From Elainellaceae cyanobacterium (GTDB lineage: Bacteria > Cyanobacteriota > Cyanobacteriia > CAZCXK01): a DNA stretch of 64,000 nucleotides. Location of the stretch: contig JBNPEG010000032.1 in assembly GCA_051117555.1 (NCBI GenBank), positions 3,327-67,326 on the forward strand. Direction: 5' to 3'. Shown piece by piece: positions 35,861 through 45,956 of this stretch; the stretch's first letter is position 1; each line of letters opens with the position of its first letter. The notes beneath the pieces were generated by a model. The model was not told where the DNA came from and searched no databases. It saw nothing but the letters and a program-made list of their open reading frames with translations. The position numbers and the translations under genes were made by a program.

Positions 35861-37046
35861 TGCGATCGCGCTGTAGATTGACTCTGCTATTTACCAAGGG
35901 CGTTTGGAGTTGAGCCTCTAGCGGTTGGCTTGGGTGAATGATAAACCCGGGTAAGCTAGACGATATTCCGTCTGATGCATCCGCTGGCGATCGCAGGCTG
36001 CGAGGCGTCCAAAGCAGCCAACGACTTCCTGGAGAAAGGTGCTGAATACTCGACGGATTTTGGGTGAGCCATATGATGGGGGGCCGAGGCAGGCGATCGC
36101 CCCCTTCGGCTTCCTCGCAGCGAATTGCAGCCAGCGTCTCTAACACCGCCGAATTGCCGCGCAATTGCCCTGTAGTTGCCGTCCAAATGCTGACCTGAAG
36201 GTTCTGATGACGTGCATAAAAATAAAGAGATGCAGTTGCTATAACGGCACTCTCGAAATCATCGGCATCCCAAGAATGGCGAGCATCTAATCCGATGATC
36301 ACCTCCTGCCCTCCAGATAGCGCTTCCATTTCCCGAACTCGTAATTCGCCGTAGCGGGCACTTGTACGCCAGTGAATCAGGCGAATTGAATCTCCCCATC
36401 GATAGGGGCGTAGAGCCCGAGTTAGCTCATTGGCTGCCTGATGGAAGTGAGCATGGTGTTGAATCTGGGTGCTAGTATCCTGTCCAAGTTCATCAATCAA
36501 AGGGCAATGAGCTAACTTCAAAACCTTTGGATAGACGACTGCTTTGGCGTCAGCATGGTGACTCTGGCGGCACCAAAATAAACCCAGGGGTGCTGCGGTT
36601 CTAAGATGAACCGTATGCCAGCAATGAATTCCTCGATGTTGGGTCGATTGTTCGTAATGCCATCGATAGGTTTCGTAGGGCGGAATGACCTCAATTGCCT
36701 GGACAACAGGTTTACCTAGCGTTGATGGCAGCACATCAGAAATCTGCAATAAAAACTTTGGTGAAGAATCGAGGTTGGCGATCGCCAATTCAATACTCAG
36801 AGATTGCCCACTACTAACCGGACGAATGGATCGCCGGGTCACCTGAACGCCACGCAGCGATCGCCTAGGCAGTAACGCTGCGATCGCAAGCAGCGCCACC
36901 ATAATGCCACTGATGACATAAAGCCAGCCAGCCAGTGTGTTAGTTGCTGCGCCGAAGAAAAAGATGGCAAGTCCAGCAAGCACCCACCCACTGAATGCCG
37001 GAATCACCCAATGAGACTCAAACCAGTCTGTGATGTGCTGATGCAT
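35847..37046 (-). CDS. DUF58-domain protein (MoxR-associated, vWA-like) with N-terminal TM helices
   Basis: YRWGDSIRLIHWRTSARYGELRVREME is the DUF58 signature. Confidence 0.75.
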   Translation of the reverse strand: MHQHITDWFESHWVIPAFSGWVLAGLAIFFFGAATNTLAGWLYVISGIMVALLAIAALLPRRSLRGVQVTRRSIRPVSSGQSLSIELAIANLDSSPKFLLQISDVLPSTLGKPVVQAIEVIPPYETYRWHYEQSTQHRGIHCWHTVHLRTAAPLGLFWCRQSHHADAKAVVYPKVLKLAHCPLIDELGQDTSTQIQHHAHFHQAANELTRALRPYRWGDSIRLIHWRTSARYGELRVREMEALSGGQEVIIGLDARHSWDADDFESAVIATASLYFYARHQNLQVSIWTATTGQLRGNSAVLETLAAIRCEEAEGGDRLPRPPIIWLTQNPSSIQHLSPGSRWLLWTPRSLRSPADASDGISSSLPGFIIHPSQPLEAQLQTPLVNSRVNLQRDRTPIQ

Positions 37047-37260
37047 TGGTATGTAAATTCATGTGTGCTTAGCTTATCTGTAGCTGGATAGCTGTAGTTT
37101 TAGACAGCTGTAGTTTTAGACATCTGTAAGTTAGAATTTAGGCACAATAATATCGGAATCGAATATCGAAGAGCTTTTCATAATCGTCTAATTCTATCGT
37201 AGGGCTCCCTCTAAAGTCATGACGGAGTTGTATTCAACGGGACCTGCCGCTTCTTCCTCT

Positions 37261-37302
37261 AGATCTGGGCGATTAGATCTGGGCGATTAGATCTGGGCGA
37301 TC
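37261..37302. repeat. 14-bp tandem repeat x3 (AGATCTGGGCGATT)
   Basis: Read directly. The last unit merges into a HIP1 site. Confidence 0.9.
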
Positions 37303-37492
37303 GCTCAGCAACATCTGATTGCATGGACGAATTTCGAGTCTTGGCAACCCTGTAGATTGCCGCGATCCAACCAACACATTGCTGATCATCGCTGCATAAG
37401 TTGAGTTGCACCATCGCGTTAAATCCTCAATTCCGGGCACGATAAGAGCAAGCAAGTTATAATTTTTGCGGATATGTATGCAAATTTTATTT

Positions 37493-37819
37493 ATGAGCAA
37501 TCCCCTCGTCCATGCATTTTTTGTTGGTAGAGCTGTCGCCGATGCTCTAGGTGAACAAATAGAAATCACATTTGCTGATGCCATGAGTGAGCTTGGTAAG
37601 TTTGATGCTGAGCAGCGAGAACGCTTGCGTCAGTTCACCGACCAAGTTATGGAGCGCGCTAATCGAGCAGAGGAAGCCGCCATGCAAGGCCGGCCCGCTT
37701 CTCCAGCGGCGTCTTCTGAGTCACAGTCCGAAGATTTGCAAGCCATGATTGATGATTTAAGAGCTGAAATTGCCCAGCTCCGTGCCGAGCTACAGCGCTA
37801 TCGGAGCCGATCGGCTTGA
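37493..37819 (+). CDS. Conserved hypothetical helical protein upstream of the ABC1 kinase
   Basis: 108 aa from MSNPLVHAFFVGRAVADALGEQ, with a coiled-coil C-terminus. No function is known to me. Confidence 0.5.
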   Translation: MSNPLVHAFFVGRAVADALGEQIEITFADAMSELGKFDAEQRERLRQFTDQVMERANRAEEAAMQGRPASPAASSESQSEDLQAMIDDLRAEIAQLRAELQRYRSRSA

Positions 37820-37898
37820 CGGCGTTACGCTCACCAATAAAGTCTGCGTGTTTGATTCTTCTGAAGTCCTTTCCTGTCGGAATCTCGTCTGAACCTAC

Positions 37899-39719
37899 GT
37901 GTCTGCTACTCCCAGTAATTCTGCTCCATCCCCGCAAAGCGCGAAGCAATATGACTTCGCGAACGGTTCTGCTACTGATGAGGCAGATCCAAATGGCTCT
38001 GAGAATATTTTTGAGGCTGCTCGCTCAAAGCCAGCCTATTCGTCCAAGTCTTACAGTTGGAGCCGCAAAAATTATTCCCATACTCAGCGTTATATTCATA
38101 TTTGGTCATTTGTCTTACGGCTACTCGCTGCTCAATGGCTCTATAAAAAGAGCTGGAGCTATCGGGGGCTTGCGACTGATGAAAAGAAAGCAATCCGTCG
38201 AAGAAGCCTTGCTGTCTGGATTCGGGAAACTCTTCTTGATTTAGGACCCACTTTTATCAAGGTTGGGCAATTGTTTTCTACTCGTGCCGATCTTTTTCCA
38301 GCCGAATTTGTAGAAGAATTATCTAAGCTCCAAGATAAAGTTCCCGCATTTAGCTATGAGCAGGTCGAACTGATTATCCAGGAAGATTTTGGTAAGCCGA
38401 TCCCCGAGCTTTATCGCAATTTTGACCCAATTCCACTTGCAGCTGCAAGCTTGGGGCAGGTTCACCGGGCTCAGCTACATTCCGGAGAGGAGGTGGTCGC
38501 TAAAATTCAGCGCCCTGGGCTGAAACGTCTGTTTGAAATCGACCTCGATATTCTCAAAGGAATTGCGCGCTACTTCCAGCGACATCCAGATTGGGGTCGC
38601 GGGCGAGACTGGATGGGAATTTATGAAGAATGTTGCCGAATTCTGTGGCAAGAAATTGACTATTTAAACGAAGGGCGCAATGCAGATACGTTTCGTCGGA
38701 ATTTCCGTCGAGAGAATTGGGCAAAGGTTCCTCGTGTCTACTGGCGCTACACCTCTCCGAGAGCACTGACGCTAGAGTATCTTCCGGGTATTAAAATCAG
38801 TCACTATGATGCGATTGAAGCAGCAGGGCTAGACCGGAGTATATTGGCGAGGCTTGGCGCGAGAGCCTACCTTCAGCAATTGCTGCATGATGGGTTTTTT
38901 CATGCAGACCCTCATCCTGGTAATATTGCGGTCAGTCCTGAAGGGGCTCTGATATTCTACGACTTCGGCATGATGGGGCGGGTTCAGCCTGCTACGCGAG
39001 AAAGACTTTTAGAAACTTTTTTTGGGATTGCTCAAAAAGATGCGAATCGAGTTGTTAAATCCTTGGTTGAGCTAGGTGCTCTAGCTGCTGTTGAAGATAT
39101 GGGTCCTATTCGGCGCTCAATCCAATATATGCTTGACCATTTTATGGATCAGCCATTTGAGGGACAATCCGTTGCTGACATTAGTGACGATTTGTATGAG
39201 ATTGCCTACGATCAGCCCTTTCGATTTCCAGCAACGTTTACATTTGTCATGCGCGCTTTCTCGACTCTAGAAGGAGTGGGTAAAGGGCTCGATCCAGAGT
39301 TTAATTTCATGGAGGTTGCAAAACCCTTTGCAATGGAGATTATGGTAGACGGAAACGGTTCTCAACAAAGTGTATCTGACGGTATTTTTAGCGAGTTGGG
39401 TCGTCAGGCGGCTCAAGTTAGTACGACCGCCTTGGGGTTGCCACGACGTATCGAAGATACGTTTGAAAAATTAGATCGGGGTGACATTCGGATTCGAGTG
39501 CGTGCGACTGAGACTGATCGGGCGTTGAGGCGTCTTGGTAGCGTCAATATGGGGACTAATTACACCATCTTGATCGGCGTATTTACGCTGTCAGCAACCA
39601 TATTGCTTGTCAATGCATATGTGTGGGTCGCGTCTCTGGCGGCGATCGCTGCAGTTGCATCAGCAGTGGCTCTGATTCGCCTGCTTATGCGCATCGATCG
39701 ACACGAAAAAATGTTTTAA
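37899..39719 (+). CDS. ABC1/UbiB(AarF)-family atypical kinase with C-terminal TM helices
   Basis: Motifs LGPTFIKVGQLFSTRADL, AAASLGQVHRA and FFHADPHPGNI. It has a GTG start. Confidence 0.85.
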   Translation: MSATPSNSAPSPQSAKQYDFANGSATDEADPNGSENIFEAARSKPAYSSKSYSWSRKNYSHTQRYIHIWSFVLRLLAAQWLYKKSWSYRGLATDEKKAIRRRSLAVWIRETLLDLGPTFIKVGQLFSTRADLFPAEFVEELSKLQDKVPAFSYEQVELIIQEDFGKPIPELYRNFDPIPLAAASLGQVHRAQLHSGEEVVAKIQRPGLKRLFEIDLDILKGIARYFQRHPDWGRGRDWMGIYEECCRILWQEIDYLNEGRNADTFRRNFRRENWAKVPRVYWRYTSPRALTLEYLPGIKISHYDAIEAAGLDRSILARLGARAYLQQLLHDGFFHADPHPGNIAVSPEGALIFYDFGMMGRVQPATRERLLETFFGIAQKDANRVVKSLVELGALAAVEDMGPIRRSIQYMLDHFMDQPFEGQSVADISDDLYEIAYDQPFRFPATFTFVMRAFSTLEGVGKGLDPEFNFMEVAKPFAMEIMVDGNGSQQSVSDGIFSELGRQAAQVSTTALGLPRRIEDTFEKLDRGDIRIRVRATETDRALRRLGSVNMGTNYTILIGVFTLSATILLVNAYVWVASLAAIAAVASAVALIRLLMRIDRHEKMF

Positions 39720-39753
39720 TATCTCTCCCGACTATGACTGCTATGTTCGCCCT

Positions 39754-40491
39754 ATGAAATGCCTTTTTACGGGTCTTACCGATCCGGGACTCGTTCGTAC
39801 TGCCAATCAAGATTCTTACCACGTCGACCCAGATGGTCGATTCTTTATCGTTGCAGATGGAATGGGTGGACATGCAGGCGGACAGGAAGCAAGTCGGATT
39901 GCAATAACCGTTATTCAAGATTATTTAAATGACCAATGGGAGGAAGCTGAATCCTCCGAAACCCTCTTAGAAAACTCGATTTTGAAAGCAAATCAAGCCA
40001 TTCTGCAAGACCAAATGGCTCACCCTGAGCGAGCCGATATGGGCACTACAGCGCTTGTTGTCCTATTTCGTCACGATCAATCTTGGTGTGCTCATATCGG
40101 GGATTCTCGCTTGTATCGACTTAGGGGCGCTAAGTTAGAGCAAATTACGGAAGATCATACCTGGGTTGCGCGAGCAATGAAACTAGGTGATTTAACGCCT
40201 GCTCAGGCAAGAGTTCATCCTTGGCGCCATATTTTATCTAAATGTTTAGGTCGGGAAGATCTCAAGCAAGTCGATGTTCAACGCTTTGACTGGCAAGGAA
40301 GCGATCGCCTGTTACTATGCAGTGACGGGCTCACCGAAGAACTATCTGATCACCTTATTGCCTCTCATCTCAAGTCAATCCGAGCGTGCGATAAAGCTGC
40401 GGCAGCCTTAATCGATGCGGCGAAAGATAAAGGCGGACGAGACAACATCACCGTCATTATTGTGACCGCTGATAACGCTACCCGTTCTTAG
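39754..40491 (+). CDS. PP2C-family Ser/Thr phosphatase
   Basis: Motifs TDPGLVRTANQDS, VADGMGGHAGG, LLCSDGL and GGRDNITV. Confidence 0.9.
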   Translation: MKCLFTGLTDPGLVRTANQDSYHVDPDGRFFIVADGMGGHAGGQEASRIAITVIQDYLNDQWEEAESSETLLENSILKANQAILQDQMAHPERADMGTTALVVLFRHDQSWCAHIGDSRLYRLRGAKLEQITEDHTWVARAMKLGDLTPAQARVHPWRHILSKCLGREDLKQVDVQRFDWQGSDRLLLCSDGLTEELSDHLIASHLKSIRACDKAAAALIDAAKDKGGRDNITVIIVTADNATRS

Positions 40492-40992
40492 GGGCTGACT
40501 TTGTTTCATACGAATATCGACGGCAAGCATTACCACGACCCAACACATGAGTGGCAGAAGGTAATCTGGCATCGCTGCGGCATGCGCCCTATGCTCTCGT
40601 CATCTTTTTGGAGGTCGAACGTTGGCATAACCCTGTAACGGGGAGGGGTCTACACAAAAAATTGACCCTTGGGCCTATACCAATAGATTAACGAACCCAT
40701 ATAATTTGGTTCGTGTCGAGCATTTTTACAATTTGTAACTTGATAATAGTGACGTATCTCGCTGATGAAGATTAGTTCATCACGAATGATGAATTGTAAA
40801 AGTACCCTCAAGGGGATATGCATCTTTGTCAAATAATTGTTAATATTTGTAATATCACACAACGATCAGGATGCCTAGGTAGGGAATATTTACCCATAGC
40901 GTTACGTTTGTTGTGAAATCGATTGCAGAGTGTCATTAGCATCTAGCTTTAGACTCTTTGCACTCACCCCATTATCCAAATTGGAGGAAATT

Positions 40993-41190
40993 ATGGACCA
41001 GCCTGCACAGCTTTCTTTAGAGCAGCAGTTCAATCTCCGCTCATTTGAGACTCAAGTAGACCGAATGAGTCGTGAACAAGCTCAGCAGTTCCTAGTTAAG
41101 CTCTATGAGCAGATGATGTTGCGCGAAACTATGTATAAGCACTTCATCAAGCATCAATGGGGAATTGAGTCCGGTCCTCGGCTCGATTAG
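40993..41190 (+). CDS. nblA: Phycobilisome degradation protein NblA
   Basis: 65 aa reading LSLEQQFNLRSFETQVDRMSREQAQQFLVKLYEQMMLRETMYKHFIK. GGAGGA lies 4-9 nt upstream of the ATG. Confidence 0.85.
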   Translation: MDQPAQLSLEQQFNLRSFETQVDRMSREQAQQFLVKLYEQMMLRETMYKHFIKHQWGIESGPRLD

Positions 41191-41282
41191 GATTTGCCTA
41201 CTACAGTGGGCGACCTCCTTCTCTTGCTCCCTCCCTTCGTGGGGAAAGAGCTGGGGATGATGGGGCGTCAACTCTCCTTAAA

Positions 41283-41477
41283 TCAGCCATTGCGTTCAAA
41301 ATAAGAGTAGAGTTTTTCTAGTTGTTCATAGTTTCGCAAATTCAAGATTCTAGCTTCGGTATCGCAAAATCCTGGTTCGAGATAATGCAACCCATGATAT
41401 TGATTCGGCTCTTGATTATAGAGCGCACAGTTACTCTTACGAGTCGTGTTGCATGGAATGCATTTTATGCCACTCAT
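41283..41477 (-). CDS. Small Cys-containing hypothetical protein (64 aa)
   Basis: The ORF has a GAGGA box upstream and four Cys residues. The family is uncertain. Confidence 0.35.
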   Translation of the reverse strand: MSGIKCIPCNTTRKSNCALYNQEPNQYHGLHYLEPGFCDTEARILNLRNYEQLEKLYSYFERNG

Positions 41478-41604
41478 TAGGTCTTAATTTTCCTCAGCGC
41501 GCAAAGTCGCTATCCTATCGAGTATTGATTGTATTTAACCTAGTGTCGACGAACGCATATCATCACAAGCTACTTCAGCGTTTTATCGACAGAGTTAATA
41601 GGCT

Positions 41605-41799
41605 TAAGTAGGTGGGACTAATTAAATATGAGACCTGTGTAGGTTGGGTTGAGGTACGTATAGCCCAAGGAGCATTCAAGAAAGGCGCAGCCTTGCCGAA
41701 GGCAATAACCCAACGCCCGCATGGGTTACGCTATTGCTTTAGCGAAGCCATGCCCGAAGGGCTATACCCATCCTACATTTGATTCCGCCCACCTACTTA
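41605..41799. mobile_element. MITE-like element with nested inverted repeats
   Basis: The outer pair is a perfect 12-bp IR, TAAGTAGGTGGG (41605-41616) / CCCACCTACTTA (41788-41799). The inner IR is TGTAGGTTGGGT (41638-41649) / ACCCATCCTACA (41766-41777). TATAGCCC / GGGCTATA pair further inside. Confidence 0.65.
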
Positions 41800-41966
41800 T
41801 CTTTGAATGTTTAAAGTTTCTGGCTCAGTACCTATAGCAATCCCAGATAGGGTGTGATTGGTGATAGATTCTATTTAAGCTATATCTGGTATGATTTTCC
41901 TAAAATTTATAGTGGCAATGATAGGGTTTTAAAGAACGTTTCGTCAGCCCTGCTAAGCGTAAGCCT

Positions 41967-42848
41967 ATGTTTCAGCACATAATGGTCTGTACTGACCTTG
42001 AGGATGGACTCCACCGTCTAGTTGATTTTGTCCCATGTTTCGTCGCAGGGGGAGCCAAGCAAATTGTTTTTTTGCATGTGATGCCTCTACTAGACGATCG
42101 AGAGATTCCTAGACCCGATGCTGAAAAAATGCAGGAGGTTCGAGAGCAGTTATCAGTTGCCCTGAATAATGTCCCTGAAGGGGTTAATGTCCAAGTTGAA
42201 GTTCAATGTGGTCGCCCTGTCGATTACATTGTCAGTGCGGTTAAAAAATATTCAATTGATTTGATTTTGTTAGGCATGCCGAGCCGGACGCGCTTGACTG
42301 AAAAACTTTTTGGCAGCACCACGATGGAGCTCTGTCGGCAAGTCTCAGTTCCTTTGATGATTTGGCGACCTCAACTCGTTTCCACCTACACGTGCGAGGA
42401 GCTTGAGCTGCGCTGTAGACATATGTTTCGATACTTGCTCATTCCCTATGACGGCAGTAATGCGTCTAAGTATTTGATTGATCAGATCAAGCATTTTGCC
42501 GATGGAGATCACAATTCTCTCGAGCGGTGCCTATTGTGTTGGATTATTGATGATGTCAATCGACAGGGGTTGCTTCCTTATGTTGAGAATCAACTGCAAG
42601 TCGCTAAAGAACAACTTTTGGACGTTAAAGCAGAGTTAGAAGCGCTCAATCTCGAGGTTGTAACGGTTGTTCGTCAGGGTAATGTGGTATCTGAAGTTTT
42701 GAAGTTAGCCCAAGACTACGACATCAATGCGATCGCCCTGTCGTCTGATAGTTTAGGCAAGATTTTAGAATGGTCAGTTCCAAGCTTTGCGGGAGAAATT
42801 TTACGTCGAAGCTGGCACCCCGTCGTTTATTTCCCCCCCACAGATTGA
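41967..42848 (+). CDS. Tandem universal stress protein (two Usp domains)
   Basis: The length is that of two domains, and each has a Usp-like layout (ILVCTDLED..., LILLGMPSRT..., INAIALSSDSLGK). Confidence 0.7.
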   Translation: MFQHIMVCTDLEDGLHRLVDFVPCFVAGGAKQIVFLHVMPLLDDREIPRPDAEKMQEVREQLSVALNNVPEGVNVQVEVQCGRPVDYIVSAVKKYSIDLILLGMPSRTRLTEKLFGSTTMELCRQVSVPLMIWRPQLVSTYTCEELELRCRHMFRYLLIPYDGSNASKYLIDQIKHFADGDHNSLERCLLCWIIDDVNRQGLLPYVENQLQVAKEQLLDVKAELEALNLEVVTVVRQGNVVSEVLKLAQDYDINAIALSSDSLGKILEWSVPSFAGEILRRSWHPVVYFPPTD

Positions 42849-42872
42849 AATCAAGGGATCAAAGCTCTCTTC

Positions 42873-44414
42873 TCAACCAATCGCTTCTAGCTTCTGTAAA
42901 ATGTCCGGCTTAATTTTTTCAAGTTCGGCTTTCAAGAACGTTTTGCTGGCTGCTGGCTGCTTCGTAGGCGCAGCCACGCCGAGCGTTGCAAACTCTTGCA
43001 GATGTTTGGCTTGGGTTTCGATAAGCTGAGGATTACCCCAGGCCGCAGGTTCGGCGATTGTCAACGTCATGACCCTATTGCATCGGTGAGGGTCTTCGAG
43101 TGAAAAAAATAATATTCGATAGTGCCGAGATTCGCTCAATAGCCGTGTCATTCGTTGTCCGAGCTGAGTTTTTAGGTCGAGATAGTAAGACAACCATCGA
43201 GGTCCTGATCCACGGTTATATAACACGGTTAGCCAGAGCATCACCGGATGAGGAGCTCCTAAAAATAAGAACTTGTTGTAAGGAGTGCAGATGCAGAGTT
43301 TGTCGATGTCACGTTGCGAAAGCATAACCCATAGCGTCGCTAAGGAGTCATTGCCAGTCTGTAAAATATGGGGAAAAACAATTTCGGCGAGTGGCTTATC
43401 AGGAGGCCATGACGTGATCCGACATACATCTTCAGAGAGAATCTGGTCGTTTGTTCGGGTGTCTGGTGATTTAATCGGAATTCCTTTCAAATCTCTTCCG
43501 ATGCGCTCAGCAACTTCCTTACCCGGTCTAAATCGTTCTTCTAAGGGTTTTAGCGTCTCGATAATGTCAGTAATACTTTTGGGGCGATTGTTTGCTGACT
43601 TTTCAAGACAGCCCATCACCAATGTTTCTAAAGCTTTGGGAATTGTGATAGACGGATTCGCTTCACTGAATGATCGAGGGGTTTGAGCATGATGAGCTTT
43701 ATACCATCCTGGGAAGGTATGAGTATTAGCCTGTAAGGGCATTTTACCTGTCAGCATTTGAAACATCATCACGCCGAGGCTGTAGATATCAGACCGATTG
43801 TCGAGTTCGCAGCCTTCCATCTGCTCTGGGGATGAGTAGGCCAGTGTTCCCATGAAACAATTTGTTTGACCACCGTCCGCCTGAAGCGTTTTAGCGATAC
43901 CAAAGTCCAGAATTTTAGCAAGTTGAAGGAGGCTTTGGTCTGGTGTAATCAGAATATTGCTGGGTTTAATATCGCGATGAATGATTGGGCAGATTTCGCC
44001 ATCAATTAAGATTCCTTGATGGGCACACTCTAAACCGAGGCAAATCTGTCGAATTAAGTTTAAGAATTGAGGCAGAGGGAGCGGTTGGTAACTAATGACA
44101 TCGCTGAGACTTTCACCCCTCAGGTATTCCATAACATAGAAGGGAATGCCGTCTTCATTCACCCCATAATCGGTAACCCGGATGATGTGAATACTCCGCT
44201 GTCCTAGCAGCGCACAGGTAGTGGCCTCTCGCTCAAAGCGCTCTCGCATTCTGCTATTGAGTAACGTTTGTGAGAGAAATTTGATGGCAACAGGGACACC
44301 CCCCAACAAAAAATCTCGCCCCCCATAGACTCGCCCCATGGAGCCCTGACCCAAGATCTCTACAATTTCATAGCGTTTATTGAGTTTGCGTCCGATATTT
44401 GGGTCTGTCGTCAT
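42873..44414 (-). CDS. Hanks-type Ser/Thr protein kinase with a 230-aa C-terminal domain of unknown function
   Basis: Motifs GQGSMGRVYGG, VAIKFL, HRDIKPSNIL, DFGIAK and SPEQ. Confidence 0.9.
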   Translation of the reverse strand: MTTDPNIGRKLNKRYEIVEILGQGSMGRVYGGRDFLLGGVPVAIKFLSQTLLNSRMRERFEREATTCALLGQRSIHIIRVTDYGVNEDGIPFYVMEYLRGESLSDVISYQPLPLPQFLNLIRQICLGLECAHQGILIDGEICPIIHRDIKPSNILITPDQSLLQLAKILDFGIAKTLQADGGQTNCFMGTLAYSSPEQMEGCELDNRSDIYSLGVMMFQMLTGKMPLQANTHTFPGWYKAHHAQTPRSFSEANPSITIPKALETLVMGCLEKSANNRPKSITDIIETLKPLEERFRPGKEVAERIGRDLKGIPIKSPDTRTNDQILSEDVCRITSWPPDKPLAEIVFPHILQTGNDSLATLWVMLSQRDIDKLCICTPYNKFLFLGAPHPVMLWLTVLYNRGSGPRWLSYYLDLKTQLGQRMTRLLSESRHYRILFFSLEDPHRCNRVMTLTIAEPAAWGNPQLIETQAKHLQEFATLGVAAPTKQPAASKTFLKAELEKIKPDILQKLEAIG

Positions 44415-44767
44415 GACTCAGTCGTCCTCCCTCATCCAACTCTGCGGCTTGAATCGAGCTTGGACATAGATCTTGACTGCTGATTGCTAAGTCTCTTGAC
44501 ACGATGGTGATGTAAAGTCACAGACGACCTCATGCGATTTTCGAAGAACGATTGAAAATTTGGAAATTGATAGTTTCAAGAATGTTTGGCGCGTCGATGA
44601 GATAGGGGAATGAGCAATATTTGGCGATCGCCAAATATTCAACACCTTTTACATATTACTCAACAATTTAGACCTAGCTAAACAAGTTAAGTCAAAGAAA
44701 TTTATAGCCTTCAATGAGCTAATCATGGCGTATAAACGCTAGAGGCTATGCCATCAAACAACGACAA

Positions 44768-44888
44768 AGCTAGACTAGTACCGTTTGGCAGAAATAAGCC
44801 AACCGTTTGAGAGTGCAGGCATCTTGCCCGCGACGTGAGCGAGACGTTCACACTATGGTTATGAAACTTCTGCCGTCTTGGACTAGCT
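44768..44888. repeat. About 120-nt rod-like imperfect palindrome (MITE or structured RNA candidate)
   Basis: AGCTAG...GGCAGAA (44768-44793) pairs with TTCTGCC...CTAGCT (44868-44888). Nested inner pairs include GCAGGCATCTTGCCCGC. Confidence 0.5.
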
Positions 44889-45098
44889 CGATCATACCGA
44901 TGCAGTATCGTTATTTTAGCGATATCCTTAAGCTCCCGCGCCCCTGAATAGATTGGATCTTTGATCTCGCTGTAATTTGCTCAATGTTGTAAGCTTCTTC
45001 ACCAATCTAACAGTCTGGACTTAGAATGCCCAATCGCCTGTTGAAGCCAACGAATCAGCCTCAAGACAGGGTATGTTGGAAAAAATTACGAGTAGGAA

Positions 45099-45956
45099 CT
45101 ACTGGCCTAGATAGGCTTCGAGAACCTCTGTATTTTGCTGCACGTCAGCAGGTGTCCCTGATGCAAGGTTTCGCCCCTCTGCCAAGACCCAGACGCGATC
45201 GCATAGCGACATGATGACATCCATGTTGTGTTCAATGATTAAGAATGTCATTCCATCTTGGTTCCACGTCCTAATATGTTCGCAGATTTTGTCAATCAGA
45301 ACCGGGTTGACTCCAGCGGCAGGTTCATCGAGCAAAATTAGCTTTGGGCGCACCATCAAGGCTCGCGCGATTTCCAAGAGTTTCCGCTGTCCGCCTGAGA
45401 GTGCACCTGCATATTCCTTTGCCATATGATCCAACCCGACGGATTCTAAAATTTCCATGGCGTATTCTCGTTGCTGCCGCTCTTCTTTAGCCACCTGCCC
45501 TGGGCGAAACCAAACATTCCAAAAATTTTCACCCGCTTGATGCTGCGATGCCAACAGCATGTTTTGCATAACAGATAGCTTAGAGAGCACGCGGGCAACT
45601 TGAAATGTCCGAACTAAGCCCTGTTTAGCAACTTGGTGGGAGGGAAGATCTTGAATCGGTTCTCCGTCGAAGAAAACTTGGCCGCTATCTGCCTGAATAA
45701 AGTTAGACAAGAGATTGAATAGGGTCGTTTTTCCTGCACCATTAGGACCAATCAACCCGGTGATACTGCCTTGATTAACCTCTAAAGAGGCGTGGTCGAC
45801 GGCTCGAATTCCCCCAAAGCTTTTACACAAGTCATTGGCTGCCAATAAGGAACTGGCATCGGGAGTTATCGTTGATGAATGTGAAACTGACGTGGATTGG
45901 GAAGACGTATTCATCGTTTTTTGCGGGGTGTCTTCTGCTGGTGCATCATCGACCAA
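45099..45956 (-). CDS. LivG-type branched-chain/neutral amino-acid ABC transporter ATPase (NatA-like)
   Basis: Motifs GPNGAGKTT, LSGGQRKLLEIARAL and LILLDEPAAG. The TTG start has an AAGGAGG box 9 nt upstream and overlaps the permease stop. Confidence 0.8.
   Translation of the reverse strand: MVDDAPAEDTPQKTMNTSSQSTSVSHSSTITPDASSLLAANDLCKSFGGIRAVDHASLEVNQGSITGLIGPNGAGKTTLFNLLSNFIQADSGQVFFDGEPIQDLPSHQVAKQGLVRTFQVARVLSKLSVMQNMLLASQHQAGENFWNVWFRPGQVAKEERQQREYAMEILESVGLDHMAKEYAGALSGGQRKLLEIARALMVRPKLILLDEPAAGVNPVLIDKICEHIRTWNQDGMTFLIIEHNMDVIMSLCDRVWVLAEGRNLASGTPADVQQNTEVLEAYLGQ

Noticed and set aside
40492-40992. An NtcA site (GTA-N8-TAC) upstream of nblA, an HLR1-type direct repeat upstream of the peroxiredoxin gene (55300-55345), and the 70-aa ORF at 40650-40862.
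   Set aside because: No exact GTA-N8-TAC was found by eye. The CGTAATCTCA x2 repeat near prx does not fit the TTACA-type HLR1 half-sites. The ORF is AT-rich, has no RBS, and lies in a probable promoter or leader region.
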